Positions 1 to 6,542 of a stretch of 11,326 bases of DNA are shown here, piece after piece. The notes beneath the pieces are model-generated. The model was not told the DNA's origin and did no database searches. It worked only from the letters and a program-made list of their open reading frames with translations. The position numbers and the translations under genes are program-made. The number at the start of each line of letters is the position of its first letter. The first letter of the stretch is position 1. The DNA is from Candidatus Aminicenantes bacterium (lineage in GTDB: Bacteria > Acidobacteriota > Aminicenantia > UBA2199): assembly GCA_026393795.1 (NCBI GenBank), contig JAPKZL010000050.1, forward strand, positions 1 to 11,326, read 5' to 3'.

Positions 1-50
1 ATTTGCGTTCCCTACGGAAGAAAATCTCCACTGCATTTTTTTTGGACATT

Positions 51-157
51 GGAATTTGGAATTTGGAATTTTAGTCACACTATGGTTTCAGCAAGTTTGG
101 AATTCGCTGAAACCAACTAGTGTGACTATGGAATTTGGAATTTGTGATTTGGAATTT
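51..157. repeat. Composite element: (GGAATTT)x3 direct heptamer repeats (51-71), 20-bp imperfect inverted repeat AGTCACACTATGGTTTCAGC / GCTGAAACCAACTAGTGTGACT (73-92 and 106-127, 13-nt loop), then GGAATTT/GTGATTT heptamers x4 (130-157)
   Basis: Read directly from the sequence: tandem 7-mers on both sides of a long hairpin-capable palindrome, immediately upstream of rsmI. A T8 run lies at 36-43 just before it. Confidence 0.7.
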
Positions 158-180
158 AAGTCCTACGAGAGAACCATCTG

Positions 181-1005
181 ATGGCTCTCTACATCGTCCC
201 GACGCCGATCGGCAACCTGCAGGACATCACCGAACGGGCGGTCGTCGTCCTGCGCCGGGTCGACTTCATCATCGCCGAGGACAGCCGCTACTCGCAGAAG
301 CTTCTCAACCACTTCAACATCAAAAAACGGATCATCAGCCATTACCGTCCCAAGGAGGAAACGCAGGCGGAGAAGATCCTGGCCCTGCTCACCGGCCAGG
401 ACGGGGCTTTGATCACCGATTCGGGCACCCCGGCCATCTCCGATCCCGGCTTCATCCTGATCGCCAAAGCCATCGCACGGAACATCCCGGTCATCCCCCT
501 GCCTGGGCCGACCGCCTTTGTCCCGGCCCTGGTCGCTTCGGGCATCGATCCGCGCCGCTTCATCTTCCTCGGCTTTCCCCCGCGGGGACGAAACGACCTG
601 CACACTTTCTGCAAATCCCTGGCTCCCCTTCCCTATACCATGGTGTTTTACGAATCGCCGCGGCGCAGCGAGGAATTCCTGCGCAGCGCCGCCGCCGTGT
701 TCGGCGCACGCCCTTTCGCCCTGGCCAAGGAATTGAGCAAGAAGCATGAAACGATCATTCGCGGCCGTTTGGATGAATGGCCGCAGGCGCTGAAAGACCA
801 AACTATTCTGGGAGAAATCGTCATCGTCATCGCCGGCACCGGGGCCAAGGCGCACCCGGTCGAACCGCCGCCGCTGCTGCGGAGCATCGAGGACGTTTAC
901 GTCTATTTCCGCGAACGCCACGGCCTGGGTAAAAACTTGCTGAAGAAGATCCTCATGCAAAAGAAAGCAAAAAAAGCGGCCAAACGAGGTTCGGATGCCG
1001 GGTAA
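181..1005 (+). CDS. rsmI: 16S rRNA (cytidine1402-2'-O)-methyltransferase RsmI (tetrapyrrole-methylase fold)
   Basis: The N-terminus LYIVPTPIGNLQDIT, the DSRYSQKLL motif and the GTPAISDPG motif are hallmark RsmI signatures. The protein is 274 aa, a normal length for this family. Confidence 0.9.
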   Translation: MALYIVPTPIGNLQDITERAVVVLRRVDFIIAEDSRYSQKLLNHFNIKKRIISHYRPKEETQAEKILALLTGQDGALITDSGTPAISDPGFILIAKAIARNIPVIPLPGPTAFVPALVASGIDPRRFIFLGFPPRGRNDLHTFCKSLAPLPYTMVFYESPRRSEEFLRSAAAVFGARPFALAKELSKKHETIIRGRLDEWPQALKDQTILGEIVIVIAGTGAKAHPVEPPPLLRSIEDVYVYFRERHGLGKNLLKKILMQKKAKKAAKRGSDAG

Positions 1006-2125
1006 ACGTTTGGAACGAAACCACCGCCGGCAGCGGTTTTTTGGCGCCGCCCTCCTCCTGCTGCTCGCTTTGGGTGAACCGGGCTCCGCCCAGGACGAGG
1101 CCGCCGCCAAACCGCTCGAGCCGGCCCGCGGCGGCTTCGTGGTCGCCCCGGTCGTCTACTACACCCCCGAAACGCTTTTTTCATGGGGCATCGTCGGCAT
1201 CCATTATTTCCGCTTCGGCCGTTCCGTCGTCCCCTCCCGCCTTTCTCATTACCGCTTCAACCTGGTCCGCACCCAGAACAGGCAGACCATCGCCCAGGTG
1301 GACTACGAGCTCTACCTGGCCGGCGGCGCCATCCTGCTGGACGGCCAGGCGAAATACTGGCTTTACCCGGATCGTTTTTACGGCAGCGGCAACCGCAGCC
1401 TGGCACAGGACCGCGAAGACTTCAACGCCCGCAACTGGCGCCTGACGGCGAACCTCCAGCGCCGCTGGGGCGCGAACCTGTTCACCGGGATGCACCTGGA
1501 GATGTTCTCGCAAGCCATCACCGAAACCGCCGGCAACGGCCTGCTGGCCGCACGGGAGATCCCCGGCAGCCGCGGCGCCAGGCTGACCGCGATCGGCCTT
1601 TTCGGCAAGTGGGACAGCCGCGACAACACCTTCTCCGCCGGCAAGGGGGCTTATGGCGCGCTCTTGCTTAACTTTTTCCCCAAGGTGCTGGGCAGCGATT
1701 TTGCCTTCAGCCAGCTGACCCTGGACGCCAGGAATTACTTCCCTTTGGGCCGCGGCGCGGTGCTGGCCGTCCAGGCCATCGGCAAGACGACCTGGGGCGA
1801 GTGCCCGTTTCAGGCGCTGCCCATGTTCGGCGGCCTGAACCTGCTGCGCGGCTTCTACGAAGGCCGCTACCGCGATAAAAGCATGCTGGCCATACAGGCC
1901 GAGTACCGCCTGCCCTTGTGGCGGCGCTTCGGGTTGTGCGCTTTTGCCGGGTTGGCCCAGGTGCAGCCGCGGGCCGGGCTGCTGTCGCTGGCGGAATTTC
2001 ACCCGGCCGCCGGCGTCGGCCTGCGCTACAAGTTCAACCCGCGCGAGAACCTGAACGTCCGCCTGGACGTCGGCTTCGCCGACTCGTCCCCCGCCTTATA
2101 TCTCACCTTCGCCGAGGCATTTTGA
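995..2125 (+). CDS. Omp85/BamA-superfamily outer-membrane beta-barrel protein (Bac_surface_Ag-like, no POTRA domains)
   Basis: The ATG at 995 overlaps the rsmI stop by 11 nt and has GAGG 6 nt upstream. The N-terminus has a signal-like hydrophobic stretch, FFGAALLLLLALGEPGSAQD. The internal GGLNLLRGFYEGRY and AEYRLPL resemble the Omp85 loop-6 and barrel motifs. The C-terminal beta-signal LYLTFAEAF ends in Phe. Confidence 0.6.
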   Translation: MPGKRLERNHRRQRFFGAALLLLLALGEPGSAQDEAAAKPLEPARGGFVVAPVVYYTPETLFSWGIVGIHYFRFGRSVVPSRLSHYRFNLVRTQNRQTIAQVDYELYLAGGAILLDGQAKYWLYPDRFYGSGNRSLAQDREDFNARNWRLTANLQRRWGANLFTGMHLEMFSQAITETAGNGLLAAREIPGSRGARLTAIGLFGKWDSRDNTFSAGKGAYGALLLNFFPKVLGSDFAFSQLTLDARNYFPLGRGAVLAVQAIGKTTWGECPFQALPMFGGLNLLRGFYEGRYRDKSMLAIQAEYRLPLWRRFGLCAFAGLAQVQPRAGLLSLAEFHPAAGVGLRYKFNPRENLNVRLDVGFADSSPALYLTFAEAF

Positions 2126-2159
2126 CGATTTCACAAATAAAAACAATCTGGAGGATTCG

Positions 2160-3767
2160 ATGCGACGCATGCGAAACTGGTTGACTGTCTTGAGCCTGTT
2201 GATTTTCATCTGTATGCCGCTGGCAGCGGACGATATCTTCGCGCCGGTGAAGAAGGGCGAGTTGGACTCCGTTAAAACACTGCTGGAGAAGGACCCGGCC
2301 CTGCTGAATGCCCGGGGGGAATCCGACCGCACCCCCTTGCTGGAAGCCGTCCTTTCACGCCAGCCTGCCGTTTTTGAATTTCTGCTGGAAAAGGGGGCCG
2401 ATTTCAACCTGGTCAACAAGGAAGGCTTTGCCCCCGTTCATTTCGCCGCCTTCCTCGGGGAAACCGAGCTGGTCAAAATGCTCATTGCCAAGGGCGCTCC
2501 GCTGACCGTCAACGCCAACGTCATCGGGGCCACACCCCTCGACCTGGCCGTCAGCGCCGGGCGCAGGGAGATGGTCGAGCTGCTGATCGCCAAGGGGGCT
2601 CCGTTGAACCTGAAGGATAAAAAGGGCAACACGCCGCTGATCAAGGCTGTCCTGTCGGGGCGGGCGGAAATCGCCGGCCTGCTGATCCACAAAGGGGCCG
2701 CTGTCGATGAAAAAGACCAGATGGGCAGCACGCCGCTGCTGCTGGCCGCCCTGACCGGCCAGAAGGAGCTGGCGGCATGGCTGATCGAAAACAAGGCCGA
2801 CATCAACGCGGCCAACTCGCTCGGCGGCACGCCGCTCAGCGTCGCCGTCCGCGAGGGGCACCAGGAGGTCGTTGACCTGCTCGTGGCCAAGGGGGCGAGC
2901 AAGGATTTTCTCAAGCAGCCCGTCCTGGAAGGCGATTACCTGGGGCAGAAGATTCCCGGATTGGCGCCCGAGCGTTTCGCGCCGGGGACCGTATCGACCG
3001 AAAAAAGCGAATTGAACTCGGTTTTCAGTGCCGACGGCAAGGAGTTTTATTTTGCCGTCCAAAGCGGCCCAATGAAGTGGGTGATCATGGTGATGAAGCA
3101 GGAAAACGGCCGCTGGTCAAAACCGCTGCCGGCTTCGTTTTCCGGCCAGTACAGCGACGTCGATCTCTTCATCACCCCCGACAACAAGAGGCTGTTCTAC
3201 AGCTCCAACCGCCCGCTGGCGGAAAACGGAGCGGCCAAGAAGGATTTTGATATCTGGATGGTCGAGCGCACAACGGACGGCTGGTCAAAACCCAGCAATC
3301 CGGGCAGCCCGATCAATTCGGCCGAAGCCGAGTTCTATCCTTCGCTCACCGCGGACGGCACCCTGTATTTCCAGTCCCAGCGCCCGGACACTCTCGGCTC
3401 CAGGGACATTTACCGCTCCCGGCCGACCGACGGCAAGTATGAAAAAATTGAAAACCTCGGCGCCGCCATCAACAGCACCCTTTTCGAAGGAGACGCCCTG
3501 ATCGCGCCCAAGGAAGACTTCCTTGTTTTTTCGGTCGACCGCCCCGACAGCTTCGGCCAGGGCGACCTGTACATCAGCTTCCGTGATGCCAACGACGGCT
3601 GGACGACTCCGAAAAACATGGGCGACAAGATCAATTCCGAATACCACGAGAATTGCCCGATGCTCTCACCGGATGGAAAATTCCTGTTTTTCACCCGCAA
3701 CAACGACATCTACTGGGTGGACGCGCTGGTCATCAAGAATTTGCAGGGCGGCCAGCAGCCCCTCTGA
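2160..3767 (+). CDS. Secreted ankyrin-repeat (about 7 repeats) + PD40/TolB-like beta-propeller fusion protein
   Basis: GGAGG lies 7 nt upstream of the ATG. The N-terminal signal peptide is MRRMRNWLTVLSLLIFICMPLAADD. GxTPLxxAxxxGxxExVxxLIxKGA repeats recur between about residues 30 and 250. The C-terminal half carries PD40-type repeats: FSADGKEFYF, ITPDNKRLFYSS, LTADGTLYFQS, LSPDGKFLFFT. Confidence 0.8.
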   Translation: MRRMRNWLTVLSLLIFICMPLAADDIFAPVKKGELDSVKTLLEKDPALLNARGESDRTPLLEAVLSRQPAVFEFLLEKGADFNLVNKEGFAPVHFAAFLGETELVKMLIAKGAPLTVNANVIGATPLDLAVSAGRREMVELLIAKGAPLNLKDKKGNTPLIKAVLSGRAEIAGLLIHKGAAVDEKDQMGSTPLLLAALTGQKELAAWLIENKADINAANSLGGTPLSVAVREGHQEVVDLLVAKGASKDFLKQPVLEGDYLGQKIPGLAPERFAPGTVSTEKSELNSVFSADGKEFYFAVQSGPMKWVIMVMKQENGRWSKPLPASFSGQYSDVDLFITPDNKRLFYSSNRPLAENGAAKKDFDIWMVERTTDGWSKPSNPGSPINSAEAEFYPSLTADGTLYFQSQRPDTLGSRDIYRSRPTDGKYEKIENLGAAINSTLFEGDALIAPKEDFLVFSVDRPDSFGQGDLYISFRDANDGWTTPKNMGDKINSEYHENCPMLSPDGKFLFFTRNNDIYWVDALVIKNLQGGQQPL

Positions 3768-3786
3768 AAAGACGACTTAAACGGGC

Positions 3787-3817
3787 GGCAGCCGGCTGCG
3801 TTACGCATGCCGGCTGC
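3787..3817. terminator. GC-rich hairpin between convergent genes (candidate bidirectional terminator)
   Basis: GCAGCCGGCTGCG..CGCATGCCGGCTGC is an inverted repeat with a stem of about 13 bp and one bulge. It sits between the + gene ending at 3767 and the - gene ending at 3820. The T-rich flank is on the minus-strand side (GTTTAAGTCGTCTTTTC). Confidence 0.5.
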
Positions 3818-3819
3818 TG

Positions 3820-4590
3820 TCAATTCATAATCGACCGCTGGTCGTCCCTACCCGCAAACTCCTTGCCCAAGGTATATGCACGCTCCAGGTAGCCCCTCCG
3901 TGTGTCCTCGCCGACGGTGGGAACCCCGTAGAAATAGACATGCTCGACTTTTTTGACTCCCGGGTAGCGCAGTCCCCAGTCATCGATCATGCGCCGCATG
4001 GGCAGTTCCCAATCGGCCTTGTAATCTTTTTCGCTGAAAAGGGTGGTATTGATCACCAGCGCTTTTTCCTGGCGCAGCAGCGGCACCCTGCCGCTCGCGT
4101 CCCCTTGCCAGCCGACCGGCGTCAGGGCATAGGCGTCGCCGTAGGCAAAAACCCGCTCGAACCACCCTTTCAGGATGGCAGGAAAATGCAGCCAGTATAC
4201 CGGCGAGATAAAAACCAGTCCCTGGGCATTTTTGACTTTCTCCCACTGGGCCGTGACATCTTTAGGCCTGTGGCTGTGGATGAATTTCGCCACGGCCGGG
4301 AGATCCTTGTTGCGCAGCCAGCGTGAGGCCACGAACCTGCGCAAGGGGCCGCCGGCGGAGTCGATCACGTGCTGCTTGAGGTTCATTAGTTCAAGTATTT
4401 CCAGGGGCATGCTTTCGTGCACGTAGCTGGCAAAGTCCATGGTACGGAAGACGGGGTCGAAACGGATGGCGTAGAGGTCGACCACGTCGATTTCGTGGCC
4501 GGCATCCCGCAGTCCGGCGCTGAGACGCTCAAGGACGGCATGGCAGAAAGACTTGGGTTGCGGATGGGCGTAAACGATTAAAACTCTCAT
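3820..4590 (-). CDS. NAD(P)H:quinone oxidoreductase, NQO1/MdaB-like flavodoxin-fold (Flavodoxin_2 family)
   Basis: The true start is the ATG at 4590..4588, with an AAGGAG RBS 6 nt upstream on the minus strand. MRVLIVYAHPQPKSFCHAVLERL...DLYAIRFDPV is typical of FMN/FAD quinone reductases. The 184 extra N-terminal residues in the listed 440-aa ORF are low-complexity read-through. Confidence 0.8.
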   Translation of the reverse strand: MRVLIVYAHPQPKSFCHAVLERLSAGLRDAGHEIDVVDLYAIRFDPVFRTMDFASYVHESMPLEILELMNLKQHVIDSAGGPLRRFVASRWLRNKDLPAVAKFIHSHRPKDVTAQWEKVKNAQGLVFISPVYWLHFPAILKGWFERVFAYGDAYALTPVGWQGDASGRVPLLRQEKALVINTTLFSEKDYKADWELPMRRMIDDWGLRYPGVKKVEHVYFYGVPTVGEDTRRGYLERAYTLGKEFAGRDDQRSIMN

Positions 4591-4625
4591 TGACTGCTCC
4601 TTATGAAGTCGGTTTTGCGCATCAA

Positions 4626-5045
4626 TCAATACACGAATGGAACAAGTTTTTTCACCTGCGCCGCGTAGGCGGCAAAGCGCTCTCCGAAGGCTTGCTGCAA
4701 CCCCTTTTCCTCCAGGGCGATCAGGGGAAATATGATCGCCAGGTAGATCGCAAAAACCGCCAGGAGCGCCCCGGACTGGGTCAGGCAGAACAACCCGAAC
4801 GAAATACCCAGCGCCCCGGTGTACAGCGGGTTCCTGACCAGCCTGAAGGGTCCGCGGCTGACCAGATCGTCGTGGCGGCGCGGCGCGCTCCCCCCGAGCG
4901 GGTAGGTGCGGTGGTGAGCCATCCGCGGCCAGGGCATGATCAGCCTGTCGAAGATGGAGCCGGTCGCCAGGCGCTTGACGGCCACCAGCGCTGCCAGTAA
5001 GATCAGAATGGCTATCCCAAGTATGGTTTGATTGAATAGGTGCAT
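4626..5045 (-). CDS. Isoprenylcysteine carboxyl methyltransferase / phospholipid methyltransferase (ICMT/PEMT) family membrane protein
   Basis: The protein is hydrophobic and multi-TM. RLVRNPLYTGALGISFGLF and the C-terminal EEKGLQQAFGERFAAYAAQVKKLVP match the ICMT/PEMT signature. AAGGAGGAGGAG sits immediately upstream of the ATG at 5045. The gene is in a different frame from the over-extended 3820..5142 ORF. Confidence 0.7.
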   Translation of the reverse strand: MHLFNQTILGIAILILLAALVAVKRLATGSIFDRLIMPWPRMAHHRTYPLGGSAPRRHDDLVSRGPFRLVRNPLYTGALGISFGLFCLTQSGALLAVFAIYLAIIFPLIALEEKGLQQAFGERFAAYAAQVKKLVPFVY

Positions 5046-5056
5046 CTCCTCCTCCT

Positions 5057-5644
5057 TTATATTTGATCCGATTTTTTTGAATCATCCAAGTCTCCAGGTT
5101 GGCAGCTGCAACCCCCGGCTTCTCCATCAACCGCTTCTTCATCCTCGCTGCCGCAGCAGGAAACGGCTTGCTCCTCGCTTGCGCCCAGAACCGCCCCGGC
5201 CTCGGCTTTTGCCTTCTGGCAGGCGACGTCTCTTATCGCGCAAGCGATCTTTAGCGCCGCGAACATCTGCCCGTCCGTCGCCCCCAGGGCACGGGCGGCG
5301 TCCATGTGCCCCCTGACGCTGGTGCAGCAATTTACGGCATAGGCGGCGGCGATCGCCACGAGCTCGCGCAGCATCGTCGGGGCGCCGTCCGGTTCGGGGA
5401 TGGCCGGGCTCCACTCGGCCTGAGTCAAGCCGCCGGCCCTGGCCATGATGCCGGTCGCCGCCATCCTTACCCTGGCGGCATCACCTGCGGCTTGGCGGAT
5501 ATCTCCTTCGCTCGCTCCGGCGCCGGCCGCTGCCCGCAGGTGAAACTTGATGCAGGGCAGGCAGCCGCTGGCAACAGATGCTCCCACGGCGATGATCTCC
5601 TGATCTTTGTCGCCAAGGACAGGGTCTTCTTTGTGTTTGGTCAT
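5057..5644 (-). CDS. Carboxymuconolactone decarboxylase (CMD)/AhpD-like family protein with Cys-rich acidic C-terminal tail
   Basis: GCLPCIKFH is a CxxCxxxH AhpD-core motif, and a second CMD-like half carries NCCTSVRGH. The C-terminal tail is SCCGSEDEEAVDGEAGGCSCQPGDLDD. The track ORF starts at a TTG at 5665. I prefer the ATG at 5644, 6 nt after a GGGAGG RBS, though the ATG at 5647 is also possible. Confidence 0.6.
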   Translation of the reverse strand: MTKHKEDPVLGDKDQEIIAVGASVASGCLPCIKFHLRAAAGAGASEGDIRQAAGDAARVRMAATGIMARAGGLTQAEWSPAIPEPDGAPTMLRELVAIAAAYAVNCCTSVRGHMDAARALGATDGQMFAALKIACAIRDVACQKAKAEAGAVLGASEEQAVSCCGSEDEEAVDGEAGGCSCQPGDLDDSKKSDQI

Positions 5645-5761
5645 CATGAACCTCCCTGGATTCAATGGTAAGGACGAAATAGGGAATGCAATGGATACAT
5701 GGCCGGGAATCCGGCCCTTGGAGGAGGTTGGGAAAATCAGGGAAGATGCGTTGCCGGGGGG

Positions 5762-6331
5762 TTACTTTTTTGGTTCGCAGACCAGGACGCCGCGTTCGTC
5801 CAAAGAGAATTTGCAGCCGGATGCCAACATGGTTTTCAGCTGGCGCCGGGCGCGGTGGAGCCTGATCTTGACCGTGCTGAGCGGCAGGGCGAGGAGAGCG
5901 GCGATCTCAGGGCCGCTCACTCCGTGCATGTCATGAAGTAGAATCACCGAGCGGAAGGCATCGGGAATATCAGCCAGAAAGCGATTGACACAGGCGCTCA
6001 TTTGCTCCTGCTCGAGGGCTTGCTGCATCGAAGGCAAATCGGGGTCCGGAGGGTCGACGGCGGCGAGGTCAATCCCGGATTCCCTGGATGCGAAACGGGC
6101 CCGCTGCCGCAGCCGGTCGAGGCATACGTGGGTGGCGACACGATAGAGCCATGAAAGCAAGGCGCCCGGATCGCGCACCGTTTCGCGCTCGCGGTGGGCG
6201 CGGAGGAACGCCTCCTGGGTCAGGTCCTCGGCCTCGGCCGAGTCGCGGACCATGCCCCGGACATAGCGGAAGACGCGCTCGTAGTTTTTTTCGAAAAAGC
6301 CGGAAATGTCATCCGCTGGAGAGGCAGGCAT
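5762..6331 (-). CDS. ECF-type RNA polymerase sigma factor (sigma-70 family) with short Cys-containing C-terminal extension
   Basis: Region 2 is EDLTQEAFLRAHR and region 4 is the HTH GPEIAALLALPLSTVKIRLHRARRQLK. A 20-aa tail ASGCKFSLDERGVLVCEPKK follows. The likely start is the ATG at 6331 with a GGAGA RBS 5 nt upstream. The track ORF begins at an upstream GTG at 6364. Confidence 0.85.
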   Translation of the reverse strand: MPASPADDISGFFEKNYERVFRYVRGMVRDSAEAEDLTQEAFLRAHRERETVRDPGALLSWLYRVATHVCLDRLRQRARFASRESGIDLAAVDPPDPDLPSMQQALEQEQMSACVNRFLADIPDAFRSVILLHDMHGVSGPEIAALLALPLSTVKIRLHRARRQLKTMLASGCKFSLDERGVLVCEPKK

Positions 6332-6400
6332 ATTTTTCTCCTGGCAATTTAGGAGGTGCGTCACGCGTTTCTATCATGAGCACAATTTTAGGGAATCAGC

Positions 6401-6416
6401 TGCAAAAATGCAACCA
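6401..6416 (-). promoter_or_regulatory. Candidate sigma-54 (-24/-12) promoter TGGTTGCATTTTTGCA upstream of the ECF sigma gene
   Basis: The minus-strand sequence has GG and GC at the correct 10-nt spacing and an exact TTGCA -12 element. It lies about 70 nt upstream of the ATG at 6331. A sigma-54 activator gene is present in the window. Confidence 0.3.
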
Positions 6417-6433
6417 GTGAAAACAGTTGACTT

Positions 6434-6467
6434 TGACGGTGCGCTCTTGCCTCACCTTTTCACCCTT
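6434..6467 (-). repeat. 34-bp copy (33/34 identical) of the rnpB P10-P12 conserved core, direct repeat of 8984-9017
   Basis: TGACGGTG[C/A]GCTCTTGCCTCACCTTTTCACCCTT occurs at both sites. The minus-sense sequence AAGGGTGAAAAGGTGAGGCAAGAGCGCACC matches the universal RNase P RNA motif. The flanks do not continue the rnpB homology. Confidence 0.7.
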
Positions 6468-6542
6468 GCTGAACAGAGCACAGACGGCCGAGCAGTTTTT
6501 TCTTCAGACATATCGGAAACTCCGGAACCTGCCGTCGGAGGT

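Noticed and set aside
51-157. Heptamer repeats as a CRISPR array
   Set aside because: The 7-bp units are contiguous with no spacers, far shorter than CRISPR repeats, and no cas genes are present.
135-1110. ORFs 135..749 (+), 163..1110 (-), 342..614 (-) and 518..736 (+), overlapping rsmI
   Set aside because: They are alternative frames of a high-GC gene and give Arg/Pro/Gly-rich low-complexity translations with no motifs or RBS. The rsmI frame has unambiguous family signatures.
1041-2002. ORFs 1041..1445 (+), 1183..1671 (+) and 1181..2002 (-), inside the Omp85-like gene
   Set aside because: Same GC-frame artefact, with Pro/Arg/Ala-rich translations. The + frame starting at 995 has a signal peptide, Omp85 motifs and a C-terminal beta-signal.
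2308-3062. ORFs 2355..3062 (-), 2438..2914 (-) and 2308..2505 (+), inside the ankyrin gene
   Set aside because: They are antisense or off-frame to a gene with clear ankyrin periodicity, and their translations are low-complexity.
5666-5761. Hairpin GGCCGGATTCCCGGCC on the minus strand between the ECF sigma and CMD genes, as an intrinsic terminator
   Set aside because: It has a 6-bp GC stem but no downstream U-tract. It may be an attenuator or processing site, but the support is too weak to call a feature.
5032-5936. ORFs 5032..5316 (+), 5139..5414 (-), 5306..5671 (+), 5607..5936 (+) and 5699..5941 (+)
   Set aside because: They are off-frame or antisense to the CMD and ECF sigma genes, with Arg/Pro/Gly-rich translations and no signals.
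6434-6467. 34-bp repeat as an ECF or sigma-54 promoter element or operator shared by two promoters
   Set aside because: One copy lies inside rnpB and matches the universally conserved RNase P P10-P12 sequence almost base for base. An rnpB-derived fragment is therefore the simpler explanation, and no -35/-10 ECF consensus (GGAAC..CGT) is evident.
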